Assembly: GCA_038087875.1 (NCBI GenBank)
Contig: CM075998.1
Location: forward strand, 6,512,001 to 6,576,000
Length of the DNA stretch: 64,000 nucleotides
DNA from: Malacoraja senta
Lineage: Eukaryota
Direction of reading: 5' to 3'
This document shows, one piece after another, positions 24,706-37,965 of the stretch. Position 1 is the first letter of the stretch; every line of letters starts with the position of its first letter. Under the pieces are notes generated by a model that saw only the letters and a program-made list of their open reading frames with translations, made no database searches and was not told where the DNA came from. A program made the position numbers and the translations under genes.

Positions 24706-25849
24706 TTCGATCATGGCTGATCTATTTTTCCCTCTCAACTCCAGTCTCTTGCTTTCTCTCCGTAACGTTTGATACCCTTACTAATCAAGAACCTATCAAT
24801 CTCCGCTTTACAAATACCCATAGCTTGAAGTTGTGAATATTATTATGTCAAATACAAGTCATTTTGGCTGATACTAATCCAAAAATTGAGATAAGAATGA
24901 TTAGCACCCAAACCACCTCTCTAAACATTTGCACCATCCATCATTCACGCACCATAGCTGCATTGTCTGCCATTTACAAATTGCAGTGCAGGAACAGGAC
25001 TTGTACAGCAGCTCTTCCCAAACTGATGGGCTCTACTAAAAAGAAGGCAAAGGTGGCAGGGACAAGGGAAAGCCACCTACTCATTGTTCTGACTTGGAAA
25101 TATTGCATCATTGTTGCTGGAACAAAATCCTGAAACTCCTCGCCAAACGGCACACAACACAGGGGAGTTCAGGAAAGCAATTCATCGCTGCCACTTGGGG
25201 TGGTGTGAAATGCTCACCTTCCATGTGTTACCCACGTTCTGTGAATGAATTTAAGAATTAAAAACTTTTGGTAGAGGATATCGATACAGGCTTTTAAAAT
25301 ATCAGAGACAAGACCAATTTTTGTCTTCCATTTCTTTTTGAAAGATTTGCTTGCCCTTCACACTTGGATGTAAAGGGGTTCACGCTTTGTACTCTGGATC
25401 AGAGGTAGTACAGCAGTCATCAGATTGTCCTTTCACTCTGAGTCTGAGTAGAGTGGATTAATGCACTGTGCGTTCACACTGCGACAGCTGCACTGGGTTG
25501 TCACACTGCCCTTGCATATGCAGGTGATAATGTGGCTGATCTCGCTCTCCTTTCGCACCCTGGGACTCGTTACTACGAGTTAGCACCCTGATCTTTCACA
25601 GTCTGTGCCAGAACTTCACAGTGGGTTCACACGTCAGGGCTGCAAAGCCCAGTGGGTTAGCATTGTTTTGTTTCACACTCTGTTCTGCATGGCACACTCG
25701 GCAGCCATATTGTTTAGTTAAACTGAAAATGGATTGTACTACCATGTGTCCATTCACTCTGGTCTAATTGAATGGCCGAATAGGGATGCGAGGCTGAATA
25801 GCCTGCACCTTTTCCTTTGTTTCCCATAGATTGATTATATTATTTGTTC

Positions 25850-26153
25850 ATAGACAATAGGTGCAGGAGTAGGCCCATCGAGCCAGCGCCGCCATTCATT
25901 GTGATCATGGCTGATCATTCACAATCAGTACCCCATTCCTGCCTTTTCCCCATATCCCCAGACTCCGCTGTCTTTAAGAGCTCTATCCAACTCTCTCTTG
26001 AAAGCATACAGACAATTGGCCTCCACTGCCTTCTGAGGCAGAGAATTCCACAGACTCACAACTCTCTGTGTGAAAACGTGTTTCCTCATCTCCGTTCTAA
26101 ATTGCTTACCCTTTATTCGTAAACTGTGGCCCCTGGTTCTGGACTTCCCCATC
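25850..26153 (-). mobile_element. CR1 (subfamily A) 3' fragment
   Basis: ORF 25925-26155 (SRTRGHSLRI...LWNSLPQ) plus tail. Confidence 0.85.
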
Positions 26154-27716
26154 ACCTATGAAAGATCTATTGAGCTCTTCTTTTGAAACCACGTTTGCCC
26201 TGGATGTTTTTTTTTTACCAATTGATGCCTATGCCCAGTGGTTAAATAAAAAGTGTGAAAATGTGAGTTAATTGGAACATTTAAACAAAGTGAATTGTGG
26301 CTCAGTACTGAAATAACGACTGTAAGCATTGCTGCTTTCTCTTTGATCTCAAGAGGTCAGTCTGGTGCAAGTGAGCTGAAGCAGTGATCATATTTACCTA
26401 CAACTTCATTTTGATAGAATAACTTGTTTTTGTGCACAATCTCATTGGCCTCCATTTTGGCCTCAATATGATTTCTTGCTCTTTCCTCCTGCAGTGTGGG
26501 GCATTTTCTCCACATTATTACTGAAAATAGTCAGTTGTATGTTAGGAAACAATATGGTAATGGCAAAGGGTGAATTCAATGTAAGGGATAGAAAAGGAGA
26601 ATATTTTTTTCTTTTATGATTAAATGAAGCATCTGAGTAAAGTACTTTGCGGTTGAAACAGGATTGTACCCCCCAACCCCGGTGGAATTTCAACTGTGAT
26701 AAACCATCTGACATTTTGGGAGGAGATGTGGAGATTTTTTTCAGGCTAAAGGAGTTATGTTTAGAATGGCTGATAATCTGATTTGGACATTGAATAACCA
26801 TTAATTTGTACCAACATCTACAGCACTGCAAAATGCTATTTGTTGCTGGCTGGGCTGTAATTAAAACTTCAATGGAGGAAGGAACTGCAGATGCTGGTTT
26901 AAACCGAAGATAGACACAAAAAACTGGAGTAACTCAGCGGGACAGGCAGCATCTCTGGAGAGAAGGAATGGGTGATACAGAAATAGAACAAATGAATGAA
27001 AAATATGCAAAAAAGTAACAATAAAGGAAACCGGCCATTGTTAGCTGTGGCCTAGGTGAGAACAAGTACAGACAATATGACAACAAGATGACTTTGAAGC
27101 TGGTACGACTTGGGTGGGGGAGCCCCTGCATTCACTTTCTCTCTCTCTCTCCATCCCTCCCCCACCCAAGGCTCCACCTTTCCCTGTTCATCATTACATT
27201 TTTGCAAATCTTTCATTCACTTATTCTATATCTCTCTATATCACCGGCTATATCTCTCGTTTCCCGTTCCCCTGACTCTCAGTCTGAAGAACGGTCTCGA
27301 CCCAGAAACGACCCAGGATAGTGTTAATGTGCGGGGATCGCTGGTCGGCGTGGAACCGGTGGGCCGAAGAGCCAGTTTCCGCGCTGCAGCTCTAAACTAA
27401 AATAAACTAAAAAAAAAGTGTAACTAATTAGGCATATTTCCGGAGGTGACTTTAAAAATGCCAAATTCTGATTTTTGAATTACACTACACTAAGAAATTG
27501 TTACAGAATTAGTAGCCTTGGTGTTAAACTAAGTGTAATGAGTCGAGTCGTACACACGTCAAGGTACAACACATTTATTAAAGTCCACTTACAGCGTTGG
27601 TCTGCAAGGTGTTACAGTAACTAGCAGCTACTCAGACTGAATAACGTAAGCAAACTCCTGGTAATAAAAATCGCCTAGTAGGCGGAGCAACTACTAACAG
27701 GCACTACAATTGGTTA

Positions 27717-28771
27717 GTAGAAAATAGGTGCAGGAGTAGGCCATTCAGCCCTTGGAGCCTGCACCGCCATTCAATATGATCATGGCTGATCATCCAACTC
27801 AGTATCCCGTACCTGCTTTCTCTCCATAACCCCTGATCCCCTTAGCCACAAGGGCCACATCTAACTCCCTCTTAAGTATAGCCAATGAACTGGCCTCAAC
27901 TACCTTCTGTGGCAGAGCATTCCAGAGATTCACCACTCTCTGTGTAAAAAATGTTTTTCTCATCTCGGTACTAAAAGACTTCCCCCTTATCCTTAAACTG
28001 TGACCCCTTGTCCTGGACTTCCCCAACATCGGGAACAATCTTCCTGCATCTAGCCTGTCCAACCCCTTAAGAATTGTGTAAGTTTCTATAAGATCCCCCC
28101 TCAATCTTCTAAATTCTAGCGAGTACAAGCCGAGTCTATCCAGTCTTTCTTCATATGAAAGTCCTGACATCCCAGGAATCAGTCTGGTGAACCTTCTCTG
28201 TACTCCCTCTATGACAAGAATGTCTTTCCTCAGATTAGGAGACCAAAACTGTACGCAATACTCCAGGTGTGGTCTCACCAAAACCCTGTACAACTGCAGT
28301 AGAACCTCCCTGCTCCTATACTCAAATCCTTTTGCTATGAATGCTAACATACCATTCGCTTTCTTCACTGCCTGCTGCACCTGCATGCCTTCTTTCAATG
28401 ACTGGTGTACCATGACACCCAGGTCTCGTTGCATCTCCCCTTTTCCTAATCGGCCACCATTCAGATAATAGTATACTTTCCTGTTTTTGCCACCAAAGTG
28501 GATAACCTCACATTTATCCACATTATACTGCATCTGCCATGCATTTTCTCACTCACCCAACCTATCCAAGTCACCTTGCAGCCTCCTAGCATCCTCCTCA
28601 CAGCTAACACTGCCCCCCAGCTTCGTGTCATCCGCAAACTTGGAGATGTTGCATTCAATTCCCTCGTCCAAATCATTAATATATATTGTAAATAGCTGGG
28701 TCCCAGCACTCAGCCTTGCGGTACCCCACTAGTCACTGCCTGCCATTCTGAAAAGGACCCGTTTACTCCTA
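27717..28771 (-). mobile_element. CR1-type LINE (subfamily B), inserted in the Gypsy 3' region
   Basis: ORF 27799-28533 is nearly identical to 40509-41504 and 51331-52158. Confidence 0.93.
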
Positions 28772-29330
28772 CAGTAGCTGAAACGCTAATAACGCATATG
28801 GGGAAGTATAGATGGTTACACAAAATCACCGTATCTAAGGGGTGGCCTGCTGATCCATCCGGCGCGTGTGCGGTATGAATCCGCATCTCCTCCTTTCACC
28901 GTTGAAGTGACTGGGGAGGGGACCGGGGATGTGATCAGGGACGGCACCGGAGACCCGCCAGGTGGAGGCGGTGAAATAGGTGAGCTGCGCGCTGAACGCC
29001 GTGGAGAGGCCGCGGGGGACATAGCAGGGCTCTAGCTTAACTTTTTTTCCCTGTTGCCAGCCGGGCAACCTTGACAGCTTTTTAGGTTGCCAAATGACAG
29101 TTTAGGTGGTCATTGAAGACGGTTTGCATGACGCATGCGATAATGTGCTTGGACGAAGTGCGTAGTTACCAGTCGGAATTATGCTCAATGAGGCACTCAT
29201 ATATTATGTTCAAGAAGGAACTGCAGATGCTGGAAAATCGAAGGTAGACAAAAGTGCTGGATAAACTCAGCGAGTGCAGCAGCATCTATGGAGCGAAGGA
29301 AATAGGCAACGTTTCAGGCCGAAACCCATC

Positions 29331-29364
29331 AGTCTGAAGAAGGGTTTTGGCCCGAAACGTTGCC
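29331..29364 (+). ncRNA. Minimal type I hammerhead-ribozyme-like motif
   Basis: agt-CTGAAGA-a-GGGTTTTGGCCC-GAAACGTT-gcc. Confidence 0.55.
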
Positions 29365-30059
29365 TATTTCCTTCGCTCCATAGATGCTGCCGTATCCGCT
29401 GAGTTTCTCCAGCACTTTTGTCTACATTCACATATTATTTCTGCTTCAAATAACTCACAAACTAAACATATTCACCAATCAAGACATGATATATCCCACA
29501 ATGACATGCAGCAAAATTATAATACAGTATCGCAACTCTTTTTACACATTGCAATTAATGCAATTTCTATTAGTTCTTTCCACTTCCAAACAAAAATGTG
29601 GTTGGATTATTCAGCGTATGATCAACCTGTGTCAATAAATCCTGGACCATGGTAACATATATGCTTAACCATGCACACTACAGATTGATGCAAGCATGTT
29701 TTCTGTGAAGGACTGAACATTACTATGACATGGCCATAGCATGGGTCGTTATTGCTATTGGCACAGAAACACTCTGGCTTCCCACATAATTTATCCATAA
29801 CAAAATATACAGGTTGCAAGGAAATTTCTAAAGGCATTTTATGATAATAGCTGTTAAAACCGACTATACCCATCTGACAGGTTAAACATTACACTAACTG
29901 ACAAGAGATGGCCAAAGGACATAACTGCAGCAAATGTTCTTTTGGTAATATGTTTAAAGGTGTCAAAACAAATAATGACATTGAGAATTAAAACACATTT
30001 GATTACATTCCGTTATCAAACATAATCAATGTTCGCTCCAAAGACCATGAAGCACAATA

Positions 30060-30900
30060 GGGTCAGTGGGTGTGTGAATCAGTGCGGGGTGGATAGATGG
30101 CGGGGGGGGGGGGGGGTTGAGAAGGCAGTCGGTGCAGAATGGATGGATTGAGGCAGGTGAATTAGTACGTGTTGGTTGGAGTATGTAAAATTGTGAGGGG
30201 AGAGCACGGGGGATGTCAGTGGTGTTGAATGGGGGGATCAGTATGGAATGGATGGGGGGGATCAGTATAGGATGAATGGGGGTTCAGTACAGGATGAATG
30301 GGGGTAGACAAAAATGCTGGAGAAATTCAGCGGGTGAGGCAGCATCTATGGAGCTAAGGAAATAGGCAATGTTTTTCGGGTCGAGACCCTTCTTCAGACT
30401 GTTCCCCCCATTCTTCTTGAATGGGGGGATCAGTACTGGATGGATGGGGGGAGGGGTCAGCACAGAATGAATGGGGGGGGGATCAGTGCAGGATGAATGG
30501 GGGGGGGTCAGGACAGTGTGGATCGGAGGGTCTATGCAGGATGAATGGGGGATCACTACAGGATGAATGAGGGGATCAGTACAGGATGGATGGGGGGATT
30601 GGTGTAGGGTAAATGGAGGGTGGGTCAGTACGGGATGAATGGGAGGATCAGTGCAGTATGAATGGGTGGAGAAGTGCAGGATGGATGGGAAGGGGGGTCA
30701 GTACAGGATGAATTGGGGGACCAGTGTAGGATGGATGGGGGGGTGGCAGGAGAATCAATGCGAGGTGGGTAGGGTGATGAATAGATTGGGGGGGGGGGGT
30801 AGATGGGGACGGGAGCACATGGGATGTCAGTGAGGACTGAATAGAGGAGGGAATGGGGATCAGTGCGGGATGGAGAGGAGGGGTCCCAGGATAAGAGGGG
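30060..30900. repeat. Degenerate G-rich minisatellite (unit about ggggatcagtacaggatgaatg)
   Basis: Many imperfect copies of about 22-25 bp separated by G-runs. Confidence 0.8.
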
Positions 30901-33439
30901 TGGAGGGGGGCGTACAAGAGAGAGAGAGAGAGAGAAAGAGGGGGAGGGGGGAAGGGGCAGAGGAGGTGGGGAGGAAGGAAGGTCAGCGCTCCTCGGACAA
31001 CATCGCCCCGCTGCCTTGGCCGTCCCTGTCCAACGCCAAAGTGCCGTCGCCGCCACCTCGCCACCGCCTCCGACAGGAAGGTGCGGGGCCAAGCGGTGCA
31101 GATCAAAGATCCTATAGCTATAAGATCTTTGGTGTAGCTGTTTCAGACGGCGGAAGGAGACCTCCCTCTCCCGGCCTCGGCGTGCGAGAGGGGTTGGTTT
31201 GAAAGCGCCGTTAGCGGAGTTGCAAGCAGTGACCGTTATCAGGGCGATAGGAGCCGCTGATGGCAAATCCGCAAATGGCGCTTTCAAAACAACCCCCTCT
31301 CGCACGCCGAGGCCGGGAGGAGACGGGGGGGGGGGGGAGGCTTTTCAAAAACTCGGTCAGTGTGCGAGAGGCATATGAAACAGGCTTGCAGTCGCCATCG
31401 GCAGCGATCTGCAGGCAAGCAGCGCCAAGTCCGTACTGGGACGCATCACTTGTGAGCGTTACTGGTAACTCTAAAGCAAAGTAGGCGAGGGCGGGTGTGC
31501 TGGCCAGCTGCAACTTGAGGATATCAAAAGGTCTTTGGTGCTGTGGATACCAGGACCATGCAGTCTCTTTGTGTGTCAGTTCCCGCAGGGGGGCAGATAT
31601 ATCGCTGTTGGGAATAAATTTCCCCAGGTAGTTGACCATTCCAAGGAACCTTTGTAAACTCGTAACGTCAGTAGGAACCGGCATTTCGTTGATAGGAACA
31701 GTTTTTGATGGGTCTGGTCTGAGACCATCGCTTGTGAAAACATGTCTGACGTAGGTAACTTCTGGGACTCGAAACTTGCACTTCAGGGGATTTGAGTTTG
31801 AGCTGAATGTCTTTGGCACGGTCCAGCACTTTCTTCAGATTAGTGTCATGCTCAGCCAAGTCGTGCCTGTAAACGAGAATGTCATCAACAATGATGGCGC
31901 ATGGATACCCTGCAAACAGTTGTTCCATCGTGCGCTGGAAAACCTCGCTGGCAGAGTTGATGCCAAAGGGCATTCTCAGGAATTTGTAAAGGCCGAAGGG
32001 GGTGCTGAACGTAATAAGGTTGGACGAGTCTGGGTCCAGCAGAATTTGCCAAAACGAGCTTTTGGCATCCAGAATGGAGAACACTGATGCGTTGCCTATT
32101 TGAGCAGCAACTTCCTCTACCGTTTGCATAGGGTAGTGTGGGCGTTTGATAGCTGTGTTGAGGTCCCTGGGGTTGATGCATATACGGATTTCTTCCTTGT
32201 TTTTCTTCGTTGCAACCACCATGGTGGAAACCCAGTCAGATGGGTCAGTAACTTCAGCAATGACACCCATGGAGACCATCCGCTTGAGCTCATTGTGTAC
32301 TCTGTCACACATTGCATGCGGAACACGATGTCGTGCTCGAACCACAGGAGTGACTTTGGGATCCACGGTGATGTGGTACTTGAGGGGCAGCTTGCCAAGC
32401 TCTTCGTTAAATAGTTCTCTGTGTTGAGAGAGTATTTGCTGAGTGGGGCCCTCAGTGAGAAAGAGTTGATGGACAGCGCAGCCAAAGTATACTAGGCCTA
32501 GATCGTGGCATGCATTGATACCGAGCAGAGTTTCAGAATCCCCCTTGACGATATAATACTTAAGGGTATGAGACTGCGAGTCTATGATGCAGTTTAAATG
32601 AGTTTCTCCAAGTGGGTGCAGAACATCACCCCCGTAGGCCCGAAGCGTGGGCGAGGCATTTTCAACATGTTTGGCATTACGTATTTTTTAAAACTCAGAT
32701 AACGAGATGACATTACACTTTGCTCCCGTATCAATCTTAGCGATCACAGGCTTGTTATTCACAATCATGGTTACTTCAGGGTCAAGCTGCTCGTTAGAGG
32801 AAGGGAGGAGGGAGTGGATGGCTGAACTGTTATGAACTGAGCATGAGAATTGTTACAGTTAGGACATCGAGCAGCAGACCTTCGCTGCTGCCAGGCAGGA
32901 GAAGGCTGTGGATGCTTGTTAAGACAGGAGGTGTCTGTAAGGTTAACACTATACTGGGAGCGCTGCCCAGAGGTCACAGACTTAGTGTGAGAAGCCGTTA
33001 TCTCAGCAATCCGACAGGCGTGTTCGGCTTGATTTAGAGTCAGTTCAGTGTTACAAAGTAATTCGTCTCTCACCTTGTCACTGAGCATACCTCCAACGAG
33101 CTTGTTGCGGATCGGTTCATCGCATAAATTTTCAAAGTGACAGCCCGCAGCCATGTGTTTTAAGTCGCTGATAAAACACTCTATTGGTTTGCCAACTTGT
33201 TGCATACGAGCAAAAAACTTGGTGCGTTTGATTATTGAGTTGGAGGGGAGGTCGCACAACTGTCTAAACAGGTTAGTAGGAAATAACCAATCTACACTAA
33301 GGGCATATATTGTTTATCTGGCCACTGATGAATATATTCCCAAGGAGCCCAGCTCATTAATTGGCTTATACAAGGATCTTTCATTTGAATATTTAAAGGG
33401 TTGTATTCGATGATAAGAGTCTACACTTCACGCTGCCTC

Positions 33440-33805
33440 GGCAAGGACTAGTCTCACTGCAGACACTCCCTCTTCTCCCCTCTTCCGTCAGAAAAGAGGT
33501 ACAGAAGTGTGAAAATGCACACCTCCAGATTCAGGGACACTTTCTTCCCAGCTGTTATCAGGGAAATGAACCATCCTATCACCAACTAGAGAGTAGTCCT
33601 GAACTACCATCTACCTCATTGGTGACCCTCGGACTAATATGAATCAGATTGTACTGAACGTTATCCCTTTACCCTGTATCTGTGCACTGTGGATGGCTTG
33701 ATTGTAATCATGCATAGTCTATCGGCTGACTGGATAGCACTCAACAAAAACGCTTTTCACTGTACCTATGTGCACCTGACAATAAACAAAACTAGACTAA
33801 ACTAA
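33440..33805 (+). mobile_element. Rex1/Babar-like LINE 3' fragment
   Basis: cttccgtcagaaaagaggtacagaagt...tttcttcccagctgttatcagg, then a 3' UTR ending aataaac-aaactagactaaac. Confidence 0.65.
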
Positions 33806-36800
33806 TTGAGAGGAATCTATCCAGAAGTAATTTCACTGTCCTGTTTTCTCCTTTAATGCCCATGTTTTTATTTTTGTTTCAAAATTCTTATCCTTTGAAA
33901 ACTATCTGTTTCTTACATTTCCTGTGGCAAAGCATTTTGGCCCCTGAGAACTTTTGGGTTGATCTGAAGTTCACATAGAAGCCCCCTAGTAATGTTTTAC
34001 AACTTACTGGGGACCAGTCAAATTCAGAAAGTTCCCAGGTGTGTTCATTATTTTCTCTAGTTATCCCTTGACAATTATTTCTGATCATATTATAATATAT
34101 TACATATAATATCTATAATATATTAATATTATAGAAATATATGAAGATTTTGTATGTATGGGAAGATAGCAACATACTCTTGAAGGATTCTGGGTTTGTA
34201 CTGGCCTCCAGTGCTCTACCCAGGTCTATTTATTCATCGTTTTTTATGTGAGCTAATTTTTTGATATCATTCCTAGCTTTAGCTTTTGTTGATTTGAAGC
34301 CACATAACCATAATCTTCTAATTTAAAGTCAGGATTGATTTTTTCTATTAATAGTTTCATATCTCTGTGATTGCCTTTTTATTTAGCCAGAGCCCACATT
34401 TATCTGGCCTCTTCCCAAATCTCTAACCTTGACTTGTGTAGTTCAACTCCACAATCTTCATACCGTTGATAGCTCTATTGGGAGGACGTGTCCTGTCTTG
34501 AGTTTACTGAGATCCCTTGACTTCTTTCAGCTTCATCCTTTGTTTCTATGCCATTTACATGCCACACCCATGTTTTGTTTTGTGTGCATGCAATACATTG
34601 CACTGACCCATGTGAAATGTTGTCAGCTATTCTTCCGTCAACTTACTTATTTTATACCACAGCTATGATTTTGTGCTGCCTCCTTTAATGCCACCAGGCT
34701 TCCAAGTTTTGCATCATTTACAATTTGTAATCAGGATCCATGTTGTTTAATTCAATTCAGCAATACTGTAGTATTTGATAGGGCAATGTAAAAGGATTTT
34801 TTATTCTGTACCGATTACATACTGCTACACTTGCAGGGTTTGATGGGGCACTGCTAAATTAGCTTTATTTTGTATTTAACCAATGTTGTACCTGCCCTGA
34901 GAGTGTTTCTTTCTTGTACTGGTTACTTGAAATAGACTTGTTTCATTTCCAGCATATGCATCTCTCACTTTAAGAAATATTGATTGCAATCCTAGTGAAG
35001 ATTTATTGTTTGAATCAATAAGCATGGCACTTATGTATTATGTAATGTGTCTGTCTGTATGTACATCTATGTTATAAGTTTAATGTTGATGAAATGTTGG
35101 AACCTGTACCGAGCTGTACTGATAACAAATTCCACCAGCCTGGCTGTGTGGTCATTAAAATATACAATACAATACAATACAATTCCAAAAGATGAAACAT
35201 GAGAATGTGTTGCTAAAGGTGTAATCTTCTGGTTTAGGCAGGGATGTGTAAGAAGCCAAGCTGAGGGGTCCATAGAGATATCAAAGATTGTTGGCTAGGG
35301 AAAGGTTAAGCTGCAATGGAGGGCTTGGGAAGGTTGGGCAAGGTGTGGAGAAATGAAGGAACAGGCTGTGATAGGGTGATGAAGGTTGCCCAAGTGACAC
35401 TGCTTTGCGAATTGCCCAGTTAATAGATGAATCAGGGATTAGAGAGGAACAAAAGAACATGTTGGAACTGTGCGAGGCAGAACAGGGCAGCTGCTGGAAA
35501 TCTGAAACAAAAGTGAATGCTGGTCATGCCCAGCAGATCAGGCAGCATCTGTGGAGAGAGAAACTGAATTAAAGTGGGCGGTCTACCACAGTCTCCACCA
35601 GTGACTCTCCTTGCAGAAATGGACACCTGTCCATTTACATCCTTGGTCAAAGCTCACAGTTTTGCTGCTTGTGATTAATTCAATAACTATCAGCTGGGGG
35701 TTCCATGTAGAAAGATCACTGTCCTCAATGAGGGCAGAAACCAACTGATGAATCCAAAACGCAGGGCCTAAACACATTACCACCATCTTCAGGCAGAGTG
35801 AATGATCCATTTCAGCCTCTTCCTCAAATGACCACTGTTACATTGCAGTATTCAGCCAATTTGATTTGCGTCATCCAGTAGAAAAAAAATACAAGTGCAC
35901 TAGACGTACCTTTAGAAAGGAGACGAGGAGGAATTGTTTTAATCAGAGGGTGGTGAATCTGTGGAATTCATTGCCACAGAAGGCTTTAAGGCAAAGATTT
36001 ACAGATTCTTGATCAATAAGGGTGTCAGAGGATTATGGGGAGAAGGCAGGAGAATGGGGTTGAGAGGGAAGATAGAGTAGACTTGATGGGCCAAAATGGC
36101 CTAATTCTGCTCCTAGAACTTATGACCATTCCAGTTGAAGTGCTAAATATATGTGCTGCAGATTTTGCTGCATTGGTAACTCGGCAGTTCCAGTAGCCAC
36201 AGTGGAAAATCGCCTAAGAATGTCCCGTTCACAAAACATTAATGAGACCAATCACTAGCCTTTCAATGTTTGGCAAAATGATGGAAGGTGTCATCGTCAA
36301 TGTTATCAAATGGCACCTACTCGCCAACGAACTGCTGATTCATGCTCAGTTTGGGTTTTGTCAGGACTATTCAACTCCTCGGTTAAGGCATGGATAATAA
36401 AGCTGAATTCAAGAGGAAAGCTGAGAGTGACTGTCCTTGACACCAAGGAGCCTAAGAATTTTAGCTTTGGGTTTATTATTATCATGTGTATTGAGGGACA
36501 ATAAAAAGCTTTGTTTTGCATGCCATCTAATCAAAACAGATAATACTGTAGATAAATACAAACAAGCCAAACTCGAGTACAGTAGGTAATGTAAAGGGAA
36601 ATATATAGTGCAGAAGATAGTCTCAGCATTGTGGCACACAGTTACAAATCCAGAGACAAAGTCCAATGCCATAATGGGGTAGAGGTGAATCAGACAGTAC
36701 CCTAGTTTATGGAAAATAAGTCAATAGGAATTGGGAGGGAGGGAGTCTTTTTCCAGTGGCTGTGGTCAGCCTGACATAAAGGAAATGTGTAGGAAGGAAC

Positions 36801-36885
36801 TACAGATGCCGGTTTAAACCGAAGATACATATAAAATACTGGAGTAACTCAGCGGGACAGGCAGTATCTGTGGAGAGAAGGAATG

Positions 36886-36918
36886 GGTGACGTTTCGGGT
36901 CGAGACCCTTCTTCAGAC
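36886..36918 (-). ncRNA. Minimal type I hammerhead-ribozyme-like motif (best-preserved copy)
   Basis: Minus strand reads gt-CTGAAGA-a-GGGTCTCGACCC-GAAACGTC-acc. Confidence 0.6.
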
Positions 36919-36924
36919 AGAGAG

Positions 36925-37965
36925 TAGCAATGTTACAAAATTTTGAGATTTAAAAAATAAAGTCTGCAATTTATCCCATCAGATAAAGCATAAAAAGAAG
37001 TTTAATTTGACACTTAATTCACTTTCATATCTTCAGTATTAAAAAAGTTATGGCCATTATCATACTCAGAAATTAGCATCTAGTTCCCTATTGCTTTTCC
37101 ATTGACTTAACACAAAAGCTGTGATCGAGGACAGTTAAAAGCCCATAACTTTCTTAAAAATTATGGTAACTGAAAGAAATTTTCAGGTATTATAGATTGA
37201 AGCATTCTGAAACAAATATGAAACAATCTTACTTCGAAGACATGAAAGTAAAGCATATAATTAGTTAGTTACCTAATTGTAGCTAATTACAACATTCAAT
37301 TACTAGATCTAAACATCTATCAATTTCTTAAGAATAGATTAACATTTTTAAATAGCCTAAGTGTCCAAATAACATTCACACAATAATTCACAATATAACA
37401 TAATTTTTAAATCTAATTTTCATGAATTTACAGGCCAAATGGAAGGAATTGAATGTTTAATACCTGTAAATTAGTGGGGATTTAATTCATCTTGCGAGTG
37501 AGAATTTCTGGAACGCGATCTTTTGGAACGTTGATTTGCGGTGAATTTAACCCCGTATTGGCATGAAAAATACTGCCGTTAATTCGGGGAATAAAATCAC
37601 CGTGTCGCATGACAAAATGTGAATTAAAGGCTTCTTAAGAAGCACTTTTATACATTTAAAGAAAGCACTTTCGTTTACCTGTCCATTGTGTGAAATCCGT
37701 CCCCGTTATTGGCGTTGACGCTTCAGGAGCTGCTTTTAAAATGACTGTAGCGCTGACATTGACGATTTAATTAAAAAAAAAAATTCACAAATCGCCGGTA
37801 GGAACGATTTTGTCAGCGAAGGTTTGTACTCCAACAAAATATTTCCAGGACAAGGGAGGAGAAACCGCGTTTTAACCCCGCCCCCCCCTTAAAGGCGCCA
37901 AAATCGCGCACACGGCCAGTGGCAGAATTACAGCGCGACTGAAGGTAAGTTTTGTAACATACCTA
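36925..37965. mobile_element. Non-autonomous DNA transposon with a 7-bp TSD (hAT-like)
   Basis: TIRs TAGCAATGTTACAAAA / TTTTGTAACATACCTA (14/16 match); TSD cagagag at 36918-36924 and 37966-37972; no ORF. Confidence 0.8.

Larger units (their letters stand above)
29025..31350. mobile_element. hAT-like non-autonomous element (left end only), replacing Gypsy RNase H C-terminus and integrase core
   Basis: Starts CAGGGCTCTAGCTTAAC with subterminal gttgcc/ggcaac motifs; Gypsy homology breaks at both borders; no right TIR found. Confidence 0.5.
27499..33270 (-). mobile_element. Decayed Ty3/Gypsy LTR retrotransposon with two large insertions
   Basis: Gag-like ORF 32771-33259; protease IAKIDTGAKCNVIS near 32700-32770; RT 31668-32366 (LDAKSSFWQ, MPFGI, IIVDDIL); RNase H start 31211-31819 (TSDASQYGLGA...ASRTLT); integrase tail 28816-29022 (YRTRAG.ISRPP.RY); putative 3' LTR with AATAAA ending TGTAACA at 27499. 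Confidence 0.85.

Noticed and set aside
25370..25700. Recurrent (g)ttcacac motifs suggesting an old MITE or repeat
   Set aside because: No definable period, TIR or TSD.
30625..31305. Pro/Gly-rich ORFs (also 11559-11918, 18534-19071, 21275-21712)
   Set aside because: They come from low-complexity G-rich or microsatellite sequence inside transposons.
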